Below, piece by piece: positions 43,021-54,660 of a DNA stretch of 64,000 nt. Below the pieces are notes generated by a model. That model was not told the DNA's origin. It did no database searches and saw nothing but the letters and a program-made list of their open reading frames with translations. Origin of the DNA: Octopus bimaculoides (lineage: Eukaryota); the NCBI RefSeq assembly GCF_001194135.2, contig NC_068998.1, positions 7,537,231 through 7,601,230 of the forward strand, written 5' to 3'. A program made the position numbers and the translations under genes. Within the stretch, counting starts at the first letter, position 1. Each line of letters starts with the position of its first letter.

Positions 43021-43025
<5 letters not shown>
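42794..43025 (+). mobile_element. tRNA-derived SINE, family A (best-preserved copy)
   Basis: GGCGGTGAGCTGGCAGAACCGTTAGC..GAAATGCTTAGCGGTATTTCGTC..GTTCTGAGTTCAAATTCCGCCGAGGTCGACTTTGCCTTTCATCCTTTC; A- and B-box-like motifs. Related copies lie at ~5662, ~17607, ~29180, ~47370, ~50065 (+) and ~3310-3450, ~52655-52860 (-). Confidence 0.88.
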
Positions 43026-43061
<36 letters not shown>

Positions 43062-43074
43062 CGAACCAAATTCG

Positions 43075-43598
43075 ACGACTGACACCCATGCTAACCTCTC
43101 GTTCATTGGACACTAAACTTCGCTTGCGAAGACCTATTGGGGCAACAGTACCAGCGGAGTGCTAAGAGTACCATCCGAGTGTGATCATTGCCAGAGCCGC
43201 TGTCTGGCTTCCATGCCAGTGGCACGTAAATAGCACCATTTGAAAGTGATCGTTACCAGTGTCGCCTTACTGGCACTTTTGCCGGTGGCACGTGAAAAGA
43301 CATTCGAGCGAGATCGTTGCCAGTGCCGCTGGACTGGCTCCTGTGCAGGTGGCATGTAAAATACACCATTTGGAGCGTGGCTGTTTCCCAGTACCGCCTG
43401 ACTGGCCCTCATACTGCTGGCACGTAAAAAAGCACCCACTGCACTCTCGGAGTGGTTGGTGTTAGGGAGGGCATCCAGTTGTAGAAACTCTGCCAGATTA
43501 GATTGGAGCCTGGTGTAGCCGCTGGCTCTCCAGACCGCTGTCAAACCATCCAACCCATGCCAGCATGGAAAACAGACGTTAAACGATGATGATGATGA
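43075..43598 (+). mobile_element. (GAT)n-tailed non-LTR 3' end / SINE, family C, with internal ~55-65-bp subrepeats
   Basis: Repeated GGCACGTAAA..CACCATT..GAGCG..ATCGTT.CCAGTG units, then GGAGTGGTTGGTGTTAGGGAGGGCATCCAG..CCCATGCCAGCATGGAAAACAGACGTTAAACGATGATGATGATGA. Minus-strand copies lie at ~34505-34820, ~38665-38830 and ~40480-40640. Confidence 0.8.
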
Positions 43599-44059
43599 TA
43601 AGGGAATAAGATGTACTTTTTTTTTTCAAAGAAAGGTCTAAGAAAAAACAAATGACCCTAGGTGCTACATTCATGGTTGTTTTAACCCTTATATGAAAGA
43701 TGACCTATCATAGTTCTGCTTGATTATGATCGAATTAGGGTCAAAACCCCACAAACAACAATAACAGTAACGCTGAAGAAATGATTCAGATTGTTTATGA
43801 AAGGAGACCACTGGTCATAGTTTTGCTTGATCAGGAATAAACTAGGGTTTATAACAATAACACAACATCAAAAACACAGAGACATAAAGCTAGATCTCGT
43901 CTACCTTGAAAACAACAACAAAAGCAGCTACAAAGTGTTTTGTTTTAGAGACTGTTTACATTACTGAACGTGTTTCTTCTAACTTTTTTCAGCTGTGATT
44001 TCATGATTTGAAGGAGATTTATCGATTTACTTCTAGTGAATCCTGTGACACTTAAAGAC

Positions 44060-44260
44060 AGAATCACCCCTTACTGGATGATCATGTTTTGAAATCAAAA
44101 CTCCTTAATCCAGCAAGAGTGGATTGTAATATTTTAATATTGAAACACTAATACACCTTTACTGGATTGAGATGTTTTGAAATCAAAGCATTTGTATTGT
44201 GAATTTTGATATTAAAGCTCTACAGTCCAACTTCACTGGATTATGGTGTTTTGGTATCTT
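44060..44260. repeat. Degenerate ~44-bp minisatellite
   Basis: Recurrent TACTGGAT..TGTTTTGAAATCAAA and AATCCA..TGGATT motifs over about 5 units of 30-46 nt. Confidence 0.65.
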
Positions 44261-44391
44261 CAATAGATTTAAATGCTTAGAGATTTAAAAGGAACAAGAA
44301 TGGAAGTGTTGTGATGCTCATACATTTCCCGAAGCAACAGATAACTTTCATTCAAGTATACAGCATCCAAATTCATAATAAACTAAACTGT

Positions 44392-44640
44392 AGAAATGCC
44401 CATGGGTATATGGCGTAGTGGTTAAGTGGGTGGGCTACTAACCCCAAGATTCCGAGTTCAATTCCAGGCAGTGACCTGAATAATAATAATAATAATAACA
44501 TCGAAAAATACTTTAGGAATGAGAACCCAGGTTCGAAATTTCCCTAAGACACCTAATGAAAGCTGGAGAGTATATCAGCCAAAACGTTGTGTTAACAAGA
44601 AACAAAATGAGGAGAAATATCTGTCAAATGTGAATAATGT
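44392..44640 (+). mobile_element. Second copy of the tRNA-head/(TAA)n/hammerhead element
   Basis: Colinear with 25668-25960: head TGGCGTAGTGGTTAAG..GGGCTACTAACCC..GAGTTCAATTCC, short (TAA)n, body ACTTTAGGAATGAGAACCCAGGTTCGAAATTTCC, then hammerhead-like motif and tail. Confidence 0.85.
44548..44593 (+). ncRNA. Degenerate type I minimal hammerhead ribozyme motif
   Basis: GACAC-CTAATGA-A-AGCTG(GAGAGTATAT)CAGCC-AAAACGTT-GTGTT. Stem I is GACAC/GTGTT, stem II is GCTG/CAGC, stem III is the palindrome ACGT. Core is CUGAUGA>CUAAUGA and GAAA>AAAA, so probably inactive. Confidence 0.7.
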
Positions 44641-47600
44641 ATTGTTCTTACTATTATCATTTTGTTCTGTCCTAGTTGAAATGAAATACAAATTATTATG
44701 TAATTCTGTTTGTTTTCTTATCTCTCTCGTTAGTTTTTTTTCATTGGACGAGAGCTAGAAGTTGTTAGTTTAATTCTAATAAGTTTGAAGTCACACTCAC
44801 ATTATATAGAATGAGTCTATCAGCATTCATATCTTTTAGAAGCTGACAAATGTATACTGTCTGTTATAGGAAACCCCCATTAATGTATATTTACTTCTCA
44901 AAGCGACAGTGTATGTTAAGTATCATTAAAGTGCCTAAATTTCATTTGTGTTTGAAATTTTGTTTATCCTTTTTATTTTACAATTTGGTATTGTGTGAGT
45001 GTGAGAGAGAGAGTGAGTGTGTGTGAGTGTGTGTGAATGTCTGTGTATATTTTAATTTAATTTGTGCAGTGTCTTTTCTGTTTTAGTCCTGCTAACTGAA
45101 AAATACATTTAAATTAATGCTTCGCTATGAAATTTGTTAATATATTTTAGAAAACAAGCAATAAATAAATAAATGAGAAGAAAAAAAGCTTTACTGAAAA
45201 CAAAACAAAAATACTTCAGAAAAGAAAAAAAAATACAAATAAAAAGAAGAAAAACACACACCAGATAACAACAATACATAATTGAATGTAGAATATGGTT
45301 TTTGAGAAGGTAATAATGGTTGCAAATAATTGCTACTTTAACATTTATAGCTTTTTCAAACATCTTGTCAAACATTCCAACTTCCATATTATAGCATGTA
45401 ATACTTTTTGTCTCTTTATTTTGTAGCTTATTGTTTATCTGCGTTTCTTCATCATATTTGTTGCCATCAAGGCGGCTTAACTGGTACAGATGCCAACTTG
45501 ATGTATGGGATAATAATATACTGCCAGAGTCAACCTGGCCTTCAATACTTCATTCATATTCATATTCATATTCATGCTAGTTTTTGTTGTCGTTGTTGTT
45601 GCTGTTCTTGTATAGCCCTTGGTGAACTATGGTTGAGCTGACCCTATGATTAAAGGCATTTCAAATTTTGATCATAGGGCAAGTGAAGTCTTTTGGGATC
45701 TGATTATTTCTTCAGACAGCATATCGTAGAATAAATTATCTTTGACTTTGAAGAGAAAAAGATGTGATAGGTGAGTGATTTTGCTGCTTAGTTTAGCAGG
45801 GAAAGTAAGTATGCGATGACTATCCTGTTGGCTCACATCACACAGAAGATAGTTAAATTTATGGATTTGCAGTTATTTAGCAAAAAAAAATTGATTTGTA
45901 AGTGTCAGTGTTAAAACTAATAGATAAATATGATAAAGGATTAAATGCAAACCTGGGTAACCCAGAGTTCAAATGAGAACTTATCCACAGTTAGAGATCA
46001 CAAATGAGCCACCACATTTTCATGTGATTGATCAACTAATCTGTACGAAACTGTGGCATAATATGGCCCCCTCAAATGATCTAATATTTGCTCCCTTTTC
46101 ACTTTATAGGAACAGATTGGTGCCAAACTCAAGCAGACAGCTTCGGCAGACTGCTAAGACAGATGGCTTCGGACCTTCGTGCAAACTTCCTTGGATACTC
46201 GCCGAAGGCAGACTTCTAAGACCCGACCACTTCGAACAAGAAACGATTTCAGACACTCACACACATGATGTACCACAACTAGCCTTCTACAGATATATCA
46301 CGGTTCTCTCCACCTTGTCTATTAAGCAACCGATCATCCTCAAGCCATTGCGTAAGTTCAATCTTCCAGAATCTTCTTGTGTCCTATAAAAGGACGCTTT
46401 TGGCGGTAATTAATTTTAGAATGCTGGAGAAACCGAGCGCTATGTGTCCGTTCTTGTTACACCATACTAGGCGCATTTCTAACAGCGAGACAACCCAGGC
46501 GGCTAAGACTGATGGCGAAGATAAATGACAAGAACATTCGCCACGAATGTAGCATAATTGTTTCCAGTTTTGTTGGATGTGTTACACGTTGCTTTATGAA
46601 TAGCTAACCTTAAACTCTAAGCAGTATCTCTCTCCCATATGTATTATTGCTGTTGTAATCTTTAAAATGTCAATGCAGTTGTCTTTATGTATTATAACAA
46701 AATCTGTTAGATGTTCGCAGGTGTTGATTAATTACGTCTTCACGCAGCCCAAGAAATATATTTCCACTCATCGACTCAACCAGCTGCCTAACCAGCCAGC
46801 AACAACAAACACCCAAGCGACAAATGAAATCTTTTGAGATATTTATTCTGTGCCGACTGACAAATACTCCCACATCGTTCTTACTTACAGATATGCTGTG
46901 AATAAACGATTAATCTACCAGAGAAACATAAAACCAGTGATACTATTTCTGACAAATAGTGATATTAAATAATAAATTGAATAAATACATTTGTATTTTG
47001 AATGGTTAATACATTAAGTAAAACGATATAATGTATTAAGTAAAACCTCATTATTTAATGATGTAATGCAATCAATTAATTGATGATAACACGAAGGCGA
47101 GATTAGGAGCAAAGGTCAACAGTATATTGACTGCTGTAGAGTCAAATGGTGAATATAAATCAATGATATGTGATTGAATCATCTAGAATAAATAGTCTAC
47201 ATTATGCAACTCCGTTTCAGTTTATTGGAATTTGACATCAACGTTGTTTTTGCTATCACAGATCAATGGATTTTCCAGTTACAAAACATTTATACATTTA
47301 AATACTTCGAAATTGATTGATTGGCAATATCATTATAGTATTAGAAAAAAAACAAAAACAGATCTTTGTAATATTTATCCCAGCTCTTTACATTGTGTTC
47401 AAATCCTGCCGCCGTAAACTTGACCTTTTTATTTCCGGGTCAGTAAATGACAAATATTGGGGTCAATTTAATCGATTAGTCATACCATCACAAATTTCAG
47501 GTCTTGTGCCTATATTATGAAATGATATTTAAATATTTGAGCAAACGTGGAAGCAACTACGGTAATTCTTGTTTTGTTGATGATTTGCGTCTCCTTTCAG

Positions 47601-49882
47601 CTTTGATCGAACATTTATGACGAAAATCATTCCAGGGAAATAATTTCATAAAAAGTTCCGTAGAGCAATTACCATATTTCAATCTATTCATTTTCTATAT
47701 GAAGAAATTACAACAGGATAAAGCACATTTTGTTTATAAGCTTCATTTAGGACCTAATGTAAGAGAAAAAAAAACAAAAAAAAACTTGCAGACGATCGTT
47801 TGAGAAATTCAGACATGACAATTTCATGTTCACGAGATTTGTATGTCGAAATACTTTCAAGAAATCTTGTGACAGCGAAAGAAATTTCCACTGGTGTTAG
47901 TATTATGGCCGAGCATCGGCATTAATCAGTAGGTATTTTGGTTTATGTGGTAAGTTGATACAAGTCACAATGTGTTGATCAGTCTTGGATTGGTGTGATT
48001 GATTAAGTACAATTTTCTCCATATGGGAGATATAAGAAAATTAGATCCGCTCTGAAGCGCTGGCGCGTTTTTATTTTTGTAATTGTCTTACGCAAAACGT
48101 TCCTGAAAATTGTTTTTCCAGATGTTTTTGGACAGTGATATAGTTTTTTTTTGTGTACTGCAGTGGTTAAACGATCTGTTGCGCAGGGGCAGGCCAATCT
48201 TTCACGCGTTCTATGTCATTGCTATGTAGCAGGTTTTAGATTTTGTTGCAGGATATGCGGGCAACATACACGAGGTTCATTTTTAGTCCTTTGTCTTCAG
48301 GGGAAAATTTCTACATGGCAGCGATTGCATATCGGCATTCATCATTGTTGATGTGAACACACTGTCTTAATCGTGGTTCTTTATAATGCTAGGCTTATTC
48401 ACCAAACAGCTGATCTAATTGTAGTCCATTCTCTCAAAAGCAAACTGTTTTAGTCCGCCAACATTACTATCAGCGGATTACACCACAATGACCATGCATA
48501 CTAATTCAATCCGAAATTGTTTCATTAAATACATGGCACGTAGTAGCATCTAAATTTCTCTATCCGCGTTTTTTTTATTACCATCAGATTGAAAACATTT
48601 TTTGTGAGCTTTAGCTCACTGATCTAGCATTTCTACATGTCGAATCACGCTTGTTTAGCCTCAGGATTATGTCATAAATGCATGTGTCTGCATTATGCAC
48701 AGCTACTAAAACGTTAGGTACCTCCTTTGACCGAGAAACGAATGCGCATCAAACAACAGTTGCTGAATCTTCGAAACGGACGGAGGGCACATTCATTATT
48801 TCAGCTGTTACTCATATTTATCTTGTTTCTTATAGACCATCTTGCACAATCTATTACAATTAATTCCAAAATGATTATCCCGAAAGAAGTTTTCTGCAAC
48901 TGAAAAGTCAGTTCACAATAACATTTCTATGAAGAGTTCCCGAAGAAGGAGTCCCAACGTTGAAATAATGAAATTCAAGACAAAGAACAAACCATTGGCT
49001 TGTATTATTTCTTATAATCTGCATTGTTTTGGCTTTACGAAAAAAAAAATTATAAAACATTTATTTTTGTTTTAATTAGTGTTGTATGGCGGGATGTAAC
49101 ATGTAAAATTCTCTTTTCTCCTATAACTGGGGCGATTATACACCCCCGGCGAACACTTAATCTTCTTTGAGAAGCAACTGCTCAATTAGGTCTTCAATAT
49201 TGTACTCGGCAGCGTAAATAAACGGTGATAGCGGAGCAGAATAAGATGCAATATTTGTTTCACATAAAACTATTAAACATGTTAGAAACATAATGAAAAT
49301 GTCAAAAATGATTTTCATGCCTGAAATTGTAGAGCATAAAATTCCGTGGGGAAAATGTCAAAGTAAATTTTATTAAGTTCTATACATCACAGGAGCAAAT
49401 TCTTTCGTTTGATTGTTTGAATTTTAGTAGTTAATGTGTTTAACATTCACTGTTATTCGATAGAAAACATATTCTAAACATGGATTGGCGATATATTTTT
49501 TTATTTTCTGAATCCATGTTGAAACGAGTAAGATAAAAGAATTGGCCTTATCTTTCGTAAGAAATTAAATAAATAAATGCATATGTATGAACATGTCTAT
49601 ATAGATTTTGTTGAACAAACTGGATAAATAGAACTCCTTACATGAGCGTGAGTATGTATGTAAAAGAAAATGAGGTTACAAAGGAAAAAAGTGTTTGCGC
49701 TGTAAACTTCATTAGCTTACAGCAGTTTCTGTTATAAGATACAGTGGACGCATAGTTCAGTGCCCGAATAACACCACACAACTTCTTCAGAGCCTCGAAT
49801 GGGAAAAGGAATTACATTTGTTTAATATATAGGGAAGGTATCACCAGGTTATTTATTCTCGCAATGCCAAAGCGAAACATAT

Positions 49883-49939
<57 letters not shown>

Positions 49940-50604
49940 CGAGTGGAAAAACGGATAAAGGGGCACGCTGATCATCCCTTGGAACTCCTATGGACTCACA
50001 ACGATGAACTCAATAAGAGCCGGCTTAACCGCTCCCGGGTGAATGCCATTACAAGAAGAAGAGAGGCTGACTGTGCCTTTTATCCTTTCGGAGTTGATAA
50101 AATAAGTACCAGTTGAGCATTGGGGTCGATGTGATCAGAGTAACGCTAATTTGTGTCGGAGGGACTCGGTCAATTGAAAAGAAGAAATCGATAATAACAG
50201 ACAAAGCACTGGGATCGATATAATTGATAAATTTCGCTTAAAGATGGTGCTCCAGTTTGGCCAGAATCCAGAAACTAAAATCAGAAATAAAATACGTAAC
50301 GTGGCATATAGCAAAAGTGTTAGAGGGCTTGTCAAGTTTGTGTTCTTTAGTAAGCCGTTTATGATCTGGGTTCAAATCCTATTCAGACCAATCTTTGCCT
50401 TTCCTTTCTCCATGGCCAATGCAATAAGAACTAGTTAAAAGTTGGAATCGATGCAATAAATAAATCAATCATTCTCTTGGAGCTGGTGCTCTAGAAGAGT
50501 CGCACAATTTTAATTACTCTGACAAGTGAAATAATGCTTATACTATTTTATTTTAGGAAAACGGTTTAATTAAATGCCTAATCATTGAGTATCACTTGTA
50601 GTGA

Positions 50605-50930
50605 TGATAGTAATCTTTTTCACTAGTAGTAGTAGTAGTTGTAGTAGTAATAGTAGTTTTTGTTGTTTAGTCTCAAAGCGGCCCGAGTTATGCAGATCTG
50701 TGATGAAAGACATTCTCTCTGTGGTGAGTCCTATCTTTTTATCTACCCGCAGGGAGTCCAGCATCAGAGGTTTGGCTACCACCCGGGACAGCCCTTGAAT
50801 TTGTCGTGCATCCCACCCATAGGCCCATCAAACCAATACCAGCTTATACAACAGATTCAAAATGGCACCTCCATAAAAGCCTCACCCTGTTCGGACCGCG
50901 CCTCAGTGGCTCTTCTAATATCAGTATCTA
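50605..50930 (-). mobile_element. GC-rich dispersed-repeat-like block with (CTA)n tail
   Basis: Sharp GC-rich island whose minus strand ends in ACTACTATTACTACTACAACTACTACT. Family not identified. Confidence 0.4.
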
Positions 50931-52654
50931 GTATGTAATTTTTTTGAGAAGAAAGGGTGTAATTTAAGTCATATTTAACTGCTATTTCTAACGGGGTAAG
51001 CATCCGCTCTTGTTCCACCATACTAACTGTGACAGAGTGGTTCCTTAAATATATATTTTTTTTGTTGTCTCAGCCATTTGACGCTGAAAATTAATGAGAT
51101 ATATATTAAAATTTAGTTCACATGATTTCTTTCATATCACTCTTGCATTAAATTTACTGTACAAAATAGGATTGTGCATTAAATAATATCTTATTAATTA
51201 ATGAAGCTTTCGGCAAGTATATGTAAGTGGCTTACGAATTTAACGGATATCATATATGTGTGAGTTTATGAATCAAAAAGGCACTTATTTGGCTGCAAAA
51301 AGTATTAAAATTTTAGTGCAGTTTTTAAAAACGTTTTTATATTTCTTGAGATAGTTTTATAGAAGATAACGGATATAAAATTACAGCCAGCCAGTTTTAG
51401 TCTAATTCGTATATATATATATATATATATATATAGTTGATGATATTTATTCTTTAACAGTAAAGGTAAGCTGTAAAGTAGTAGCGAATGATTTCTAAAT
51501 TCTGTAGCATAAATCTATAATTTGAATAATATAAAAGAAAAAGAAGAGATAGGTAAAAGATATCGAGCAAACAAAAATATAAACTATAAAAGAACGAAAA
51601 AAGAAATAAAATGTCTCGAATCTAAACAGAGTTAGCATGAGGAAAATCCGGTTAGCTAAAATGGCTTCTGTCAGAAGATAAATATGTTTTGTTATTTAAT
51701 GAAAACTTTTGCAGAAACTGGTTTGTTTTCGCATTTCTAAACCTTGTGGTTGGCTGCTTTTCTTTTCGAGATACCTACTAGGTGAGAGTAGAAAGTTGTT
51801 TTATATTTATCTTACTGTAAATTCTGACAAGAGACAATAACACTTTACAATGCCTTCAGAAATATCTAAATTGTTTTAGCTTGATGGATGTAATAAATGT
51901 TACTACTACAAGTTTGCAAATTTGTATGCTGTGGAGAGATGTCTGTACTTGCGTTTAGAACAATGAACTTCTTTCCGAGAAAAAAAGATTTCTTAGTGAA
52001 TCTTATTTTTTGCATTTAGAACGAAATAGAAGCATTGGGAAATATGTAAATAAATCTTCTATAAAAGTTGCCTCTCGAATGCTAATCTGGTTATATCAGC
52101 CCATGACACACAGGGTTAAAAACCTCTTGAACAGAAAAGAAAAAAAGCGAAAATATGTTATGTTACCTACTGACGTCGAACGATGCATCAACTCTAACCC
52201 AGACAGTAGTGAAGCCATTACTCTAAAGTCGTATCTCGAACTTTCTGTGTCAGAAATAGACACTTCAATCTTACAAGCGTGAAAGCAAGTTTGTTAACAA
52301 TTACATAGCTGAATTTGCATTTGATATATTCGTTTATAAATTCTTTTTCTGTTCTACTGACCAATTAGGTTCGAAAATGCAAATATATTCTGCCTATTTC
52401 ATATACTATCTTTCCATATTATTTTTGAACTTGAGTCAGGAAGGAAAGGACAGTATCCATAGTACTTGTGTTTTTTTTTCTTTCATGGACTACGAAACTG
52501 GTAGAGGGAAAAGCATCCGTAAACCAAGTTGCAACGAACTTTTGTTCTGTTTATTGGTGTTTAATCCTTTAAAATTAACACACAAGTCTCTATTTGGTAA
52601 TTTAAGTTGAGAACCACGGAAGGTAAAGTGTTGTATGAACAATGTCGGGAATTT

Positions 52655-52860
52655 GCATTTCCAAGCTTTATATTCCTTTCTACCATAAGCACAAGGCCTG
52701 GAATTTGGTGGTGGGGGAAGAAGCTAGTCGATTACATGGACCCCAGCGCTCAACTGGTACTTCGTTTTTTTATCGACCCTTAAAGAATGAGAAGCAGAAT
52801 CGACATCAGCAGAATTCTAATTCAAACGTAAAGACAGACAAAATGATGCTATATATATTA
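52655..52860 (-). mobile_element. Family A-related SINE (degraded)
   Basis: Reverse complement contains GTTTGAATTAGAATTCTGCTGATGTCGATT..GGGTCGATAAAAAA..GTACCAGTTGAGCGCTGGGG. Confidence 0.7.
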
Positions 52861-53259
52861 TAGAATACCCTGTAGTAAGAGTAATATACGGTGTCTTAAT
52901 ATGCGTGTATAATATGGGAAAGATACCGAGTGTAGCTATTGTACATCTTAATTTCCACCACCAACATAACCTGACGTTCGTTTTCTTGTGCTTGCGTGGG
53001 TTGAGTGGGTCAACTCCGGTGCAGCATTTCGCCAAAAGTAACGGGCCTTTGTCATCTTTTTCCAAGAGTTCAGTTTCCTGACATCATAAAGTATATGTAT
53101 TCCGACGATATTTCTATACTTACAAAGGAAACGAGGATAGCCTGCGTGATTAGAACACCGGACTAAATGTACCCCGAGGACAAGAATCAATCTTTCATTT
53201 TACAATGGTTGATAAATACAAGTCTCATGCTGGGTGTTTTATTCCATTAATACTATACT

Positions 53260-53296
<37 letters not shown>

Positions 53297-53300
53297 CATA

Positions 53301-53346
<46 letters not shown>

Positions 53347-53647
53347 TTTTTGGTTACAAAGAACTAGGCCTTATGCCACATGAAACACACAAAAACAAAA
53401 AGATCAATATTTATGAATGGTTATATATCAAAGAAAGACACTGAAATGTATTGAATTTTGCTTTGTACCACAAGTTGAGTGTTATGGTATGAGATGTGTG
53501 TGTATGTATGTATGTATGTATGTATGTATGTATGTACCTATCTATCCATCTATCTATCTCACATATATATACACACACACATATATGTATGTATATATCT
53601 ATATATATATATTGTATGTATAATATAGTACAATGGTATATATATAT

Positions 53648-53718
<71 letters not shown>

Positions 53719-54242
53719 GTATTTTCCTTTACTTATTCAAACCTATAAATTTCCATTTTGATAATAGTTTCATATCATATCTAAGAATTTCTTTTCTAGG
53801 GAAGCTGTCAAAATAATTGTCTGCAGAATACAACCACCCCCTTACAATTTCCAATAATAATAATAATGATGACGATGATAATGATGATGATGATGATAAC
53901 AGTCATTGAAAGGAAGCTAAAATGTTTTTCTGTAAGAAAAGCTCTTTGATCAATAAGTGCAAAAGTAATTCTTTAATTCTTTGGAGAAAAATGAAATGAC
54001 GACAGCTACTCTCTGTAAGGGAGGTATTCTAATGAGGAATTCAATGGTGTACCAATATTGATGGAACTGACAAAATTTGCTATAGATAGTGGTATTTAGT
54101 GATACCGCTGGTGCCAAACAATAATGGAACCCATCAACTAGGAAACAGTTCCAATTAATCTACTGCTGGCGTTTGAAGAATATGTTTTTACTATGATCTA
54201 AATGATTGCGGTACTGCATCGTTAATTGGCATGACTCTTAAT

Positions 54243-54243
54243 G

Positions 54244-54274
<31 letters not shown>

Positions 54275-54660
54275 CTTCTTCTTCTTCTTCTTCTTCTTCT
54301 TCTTCTTTTTTCTTCTTCTTCTCCTTCTTCTTCTTCTTCTTCGTCGTCGTCGTCGTTGTCGCCGTCGTCGTCGTGTTCTATTTCTTCACGTCAGCGACTT
54401 TCTCCATCACCGTCTTCCTCCTTCCCCTCCACTTCCGTTTCGTCCTCATCTCCACCCTACTCCTCCTCTTCCATGTCATCATCAGTATTTTCTTCTTCTT
54501 GTTCTACTAGTTGTTCTTCTTCTTATTATTTTTCTTCCTCCTCCTCCTCTTCTTCTTTTCCCTCTCCTCCTCCTCCTCCTTCTTCTTCTTCTTCTTCTTC
54601 TTCTTCTTCTTCTTCTTCTTCTTCTTCTTCTTCTTCTTCTTCTTCTTCTTCCCCTCCTTC
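54243..54660. repeat. Compound trinucleotide microsatellite (TTC/GTC/CCT)
   Basis: Read directly. It produces the poly-F/L/S/E/K ORFs in the track. Dozens of other (CA)n, (TA)n, (GA)n, (TATC)n, (TAA)n and (GAA)n tracts occur across the window. Confidence 0.97.

Noticed and set aside
23411-44370. CatSper gamma-like peptides (RQNKLVNYYW, IFDALASE, IVTTVDLENNG, KNGSVVM)
   Set aside because: These are short matches recalled from memory, and they occur in the reverse of the expected order on the same strand; most likely chance.
46110-46219. BH3-like peptide FGRLLRQMASDL
   Set aside because: The spacing does not fit LxxxGD/LxxxSD, and the coding status of the block is unsupported.
45973-46389. 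138-aa ORF
   Set aside because: No recognisable domain, and the internal DNA repeat is out of frame, which argues against selection on this protein.
50030-50050. miR-124-like GGTGAATGCCA
   Set aside because: Only the 3' 11 nt match, the seed is absent, and I see no precursor hairpin.
52966-53161. Minus-strand exon pair (SGVLITQAILVSF / ETELLEKDDKGPLLLAKCC..)
   Set aside because: It needs a 46-nt intron, alternative frames are equally open, and no homologue was recognised; not supportable without transcripts.
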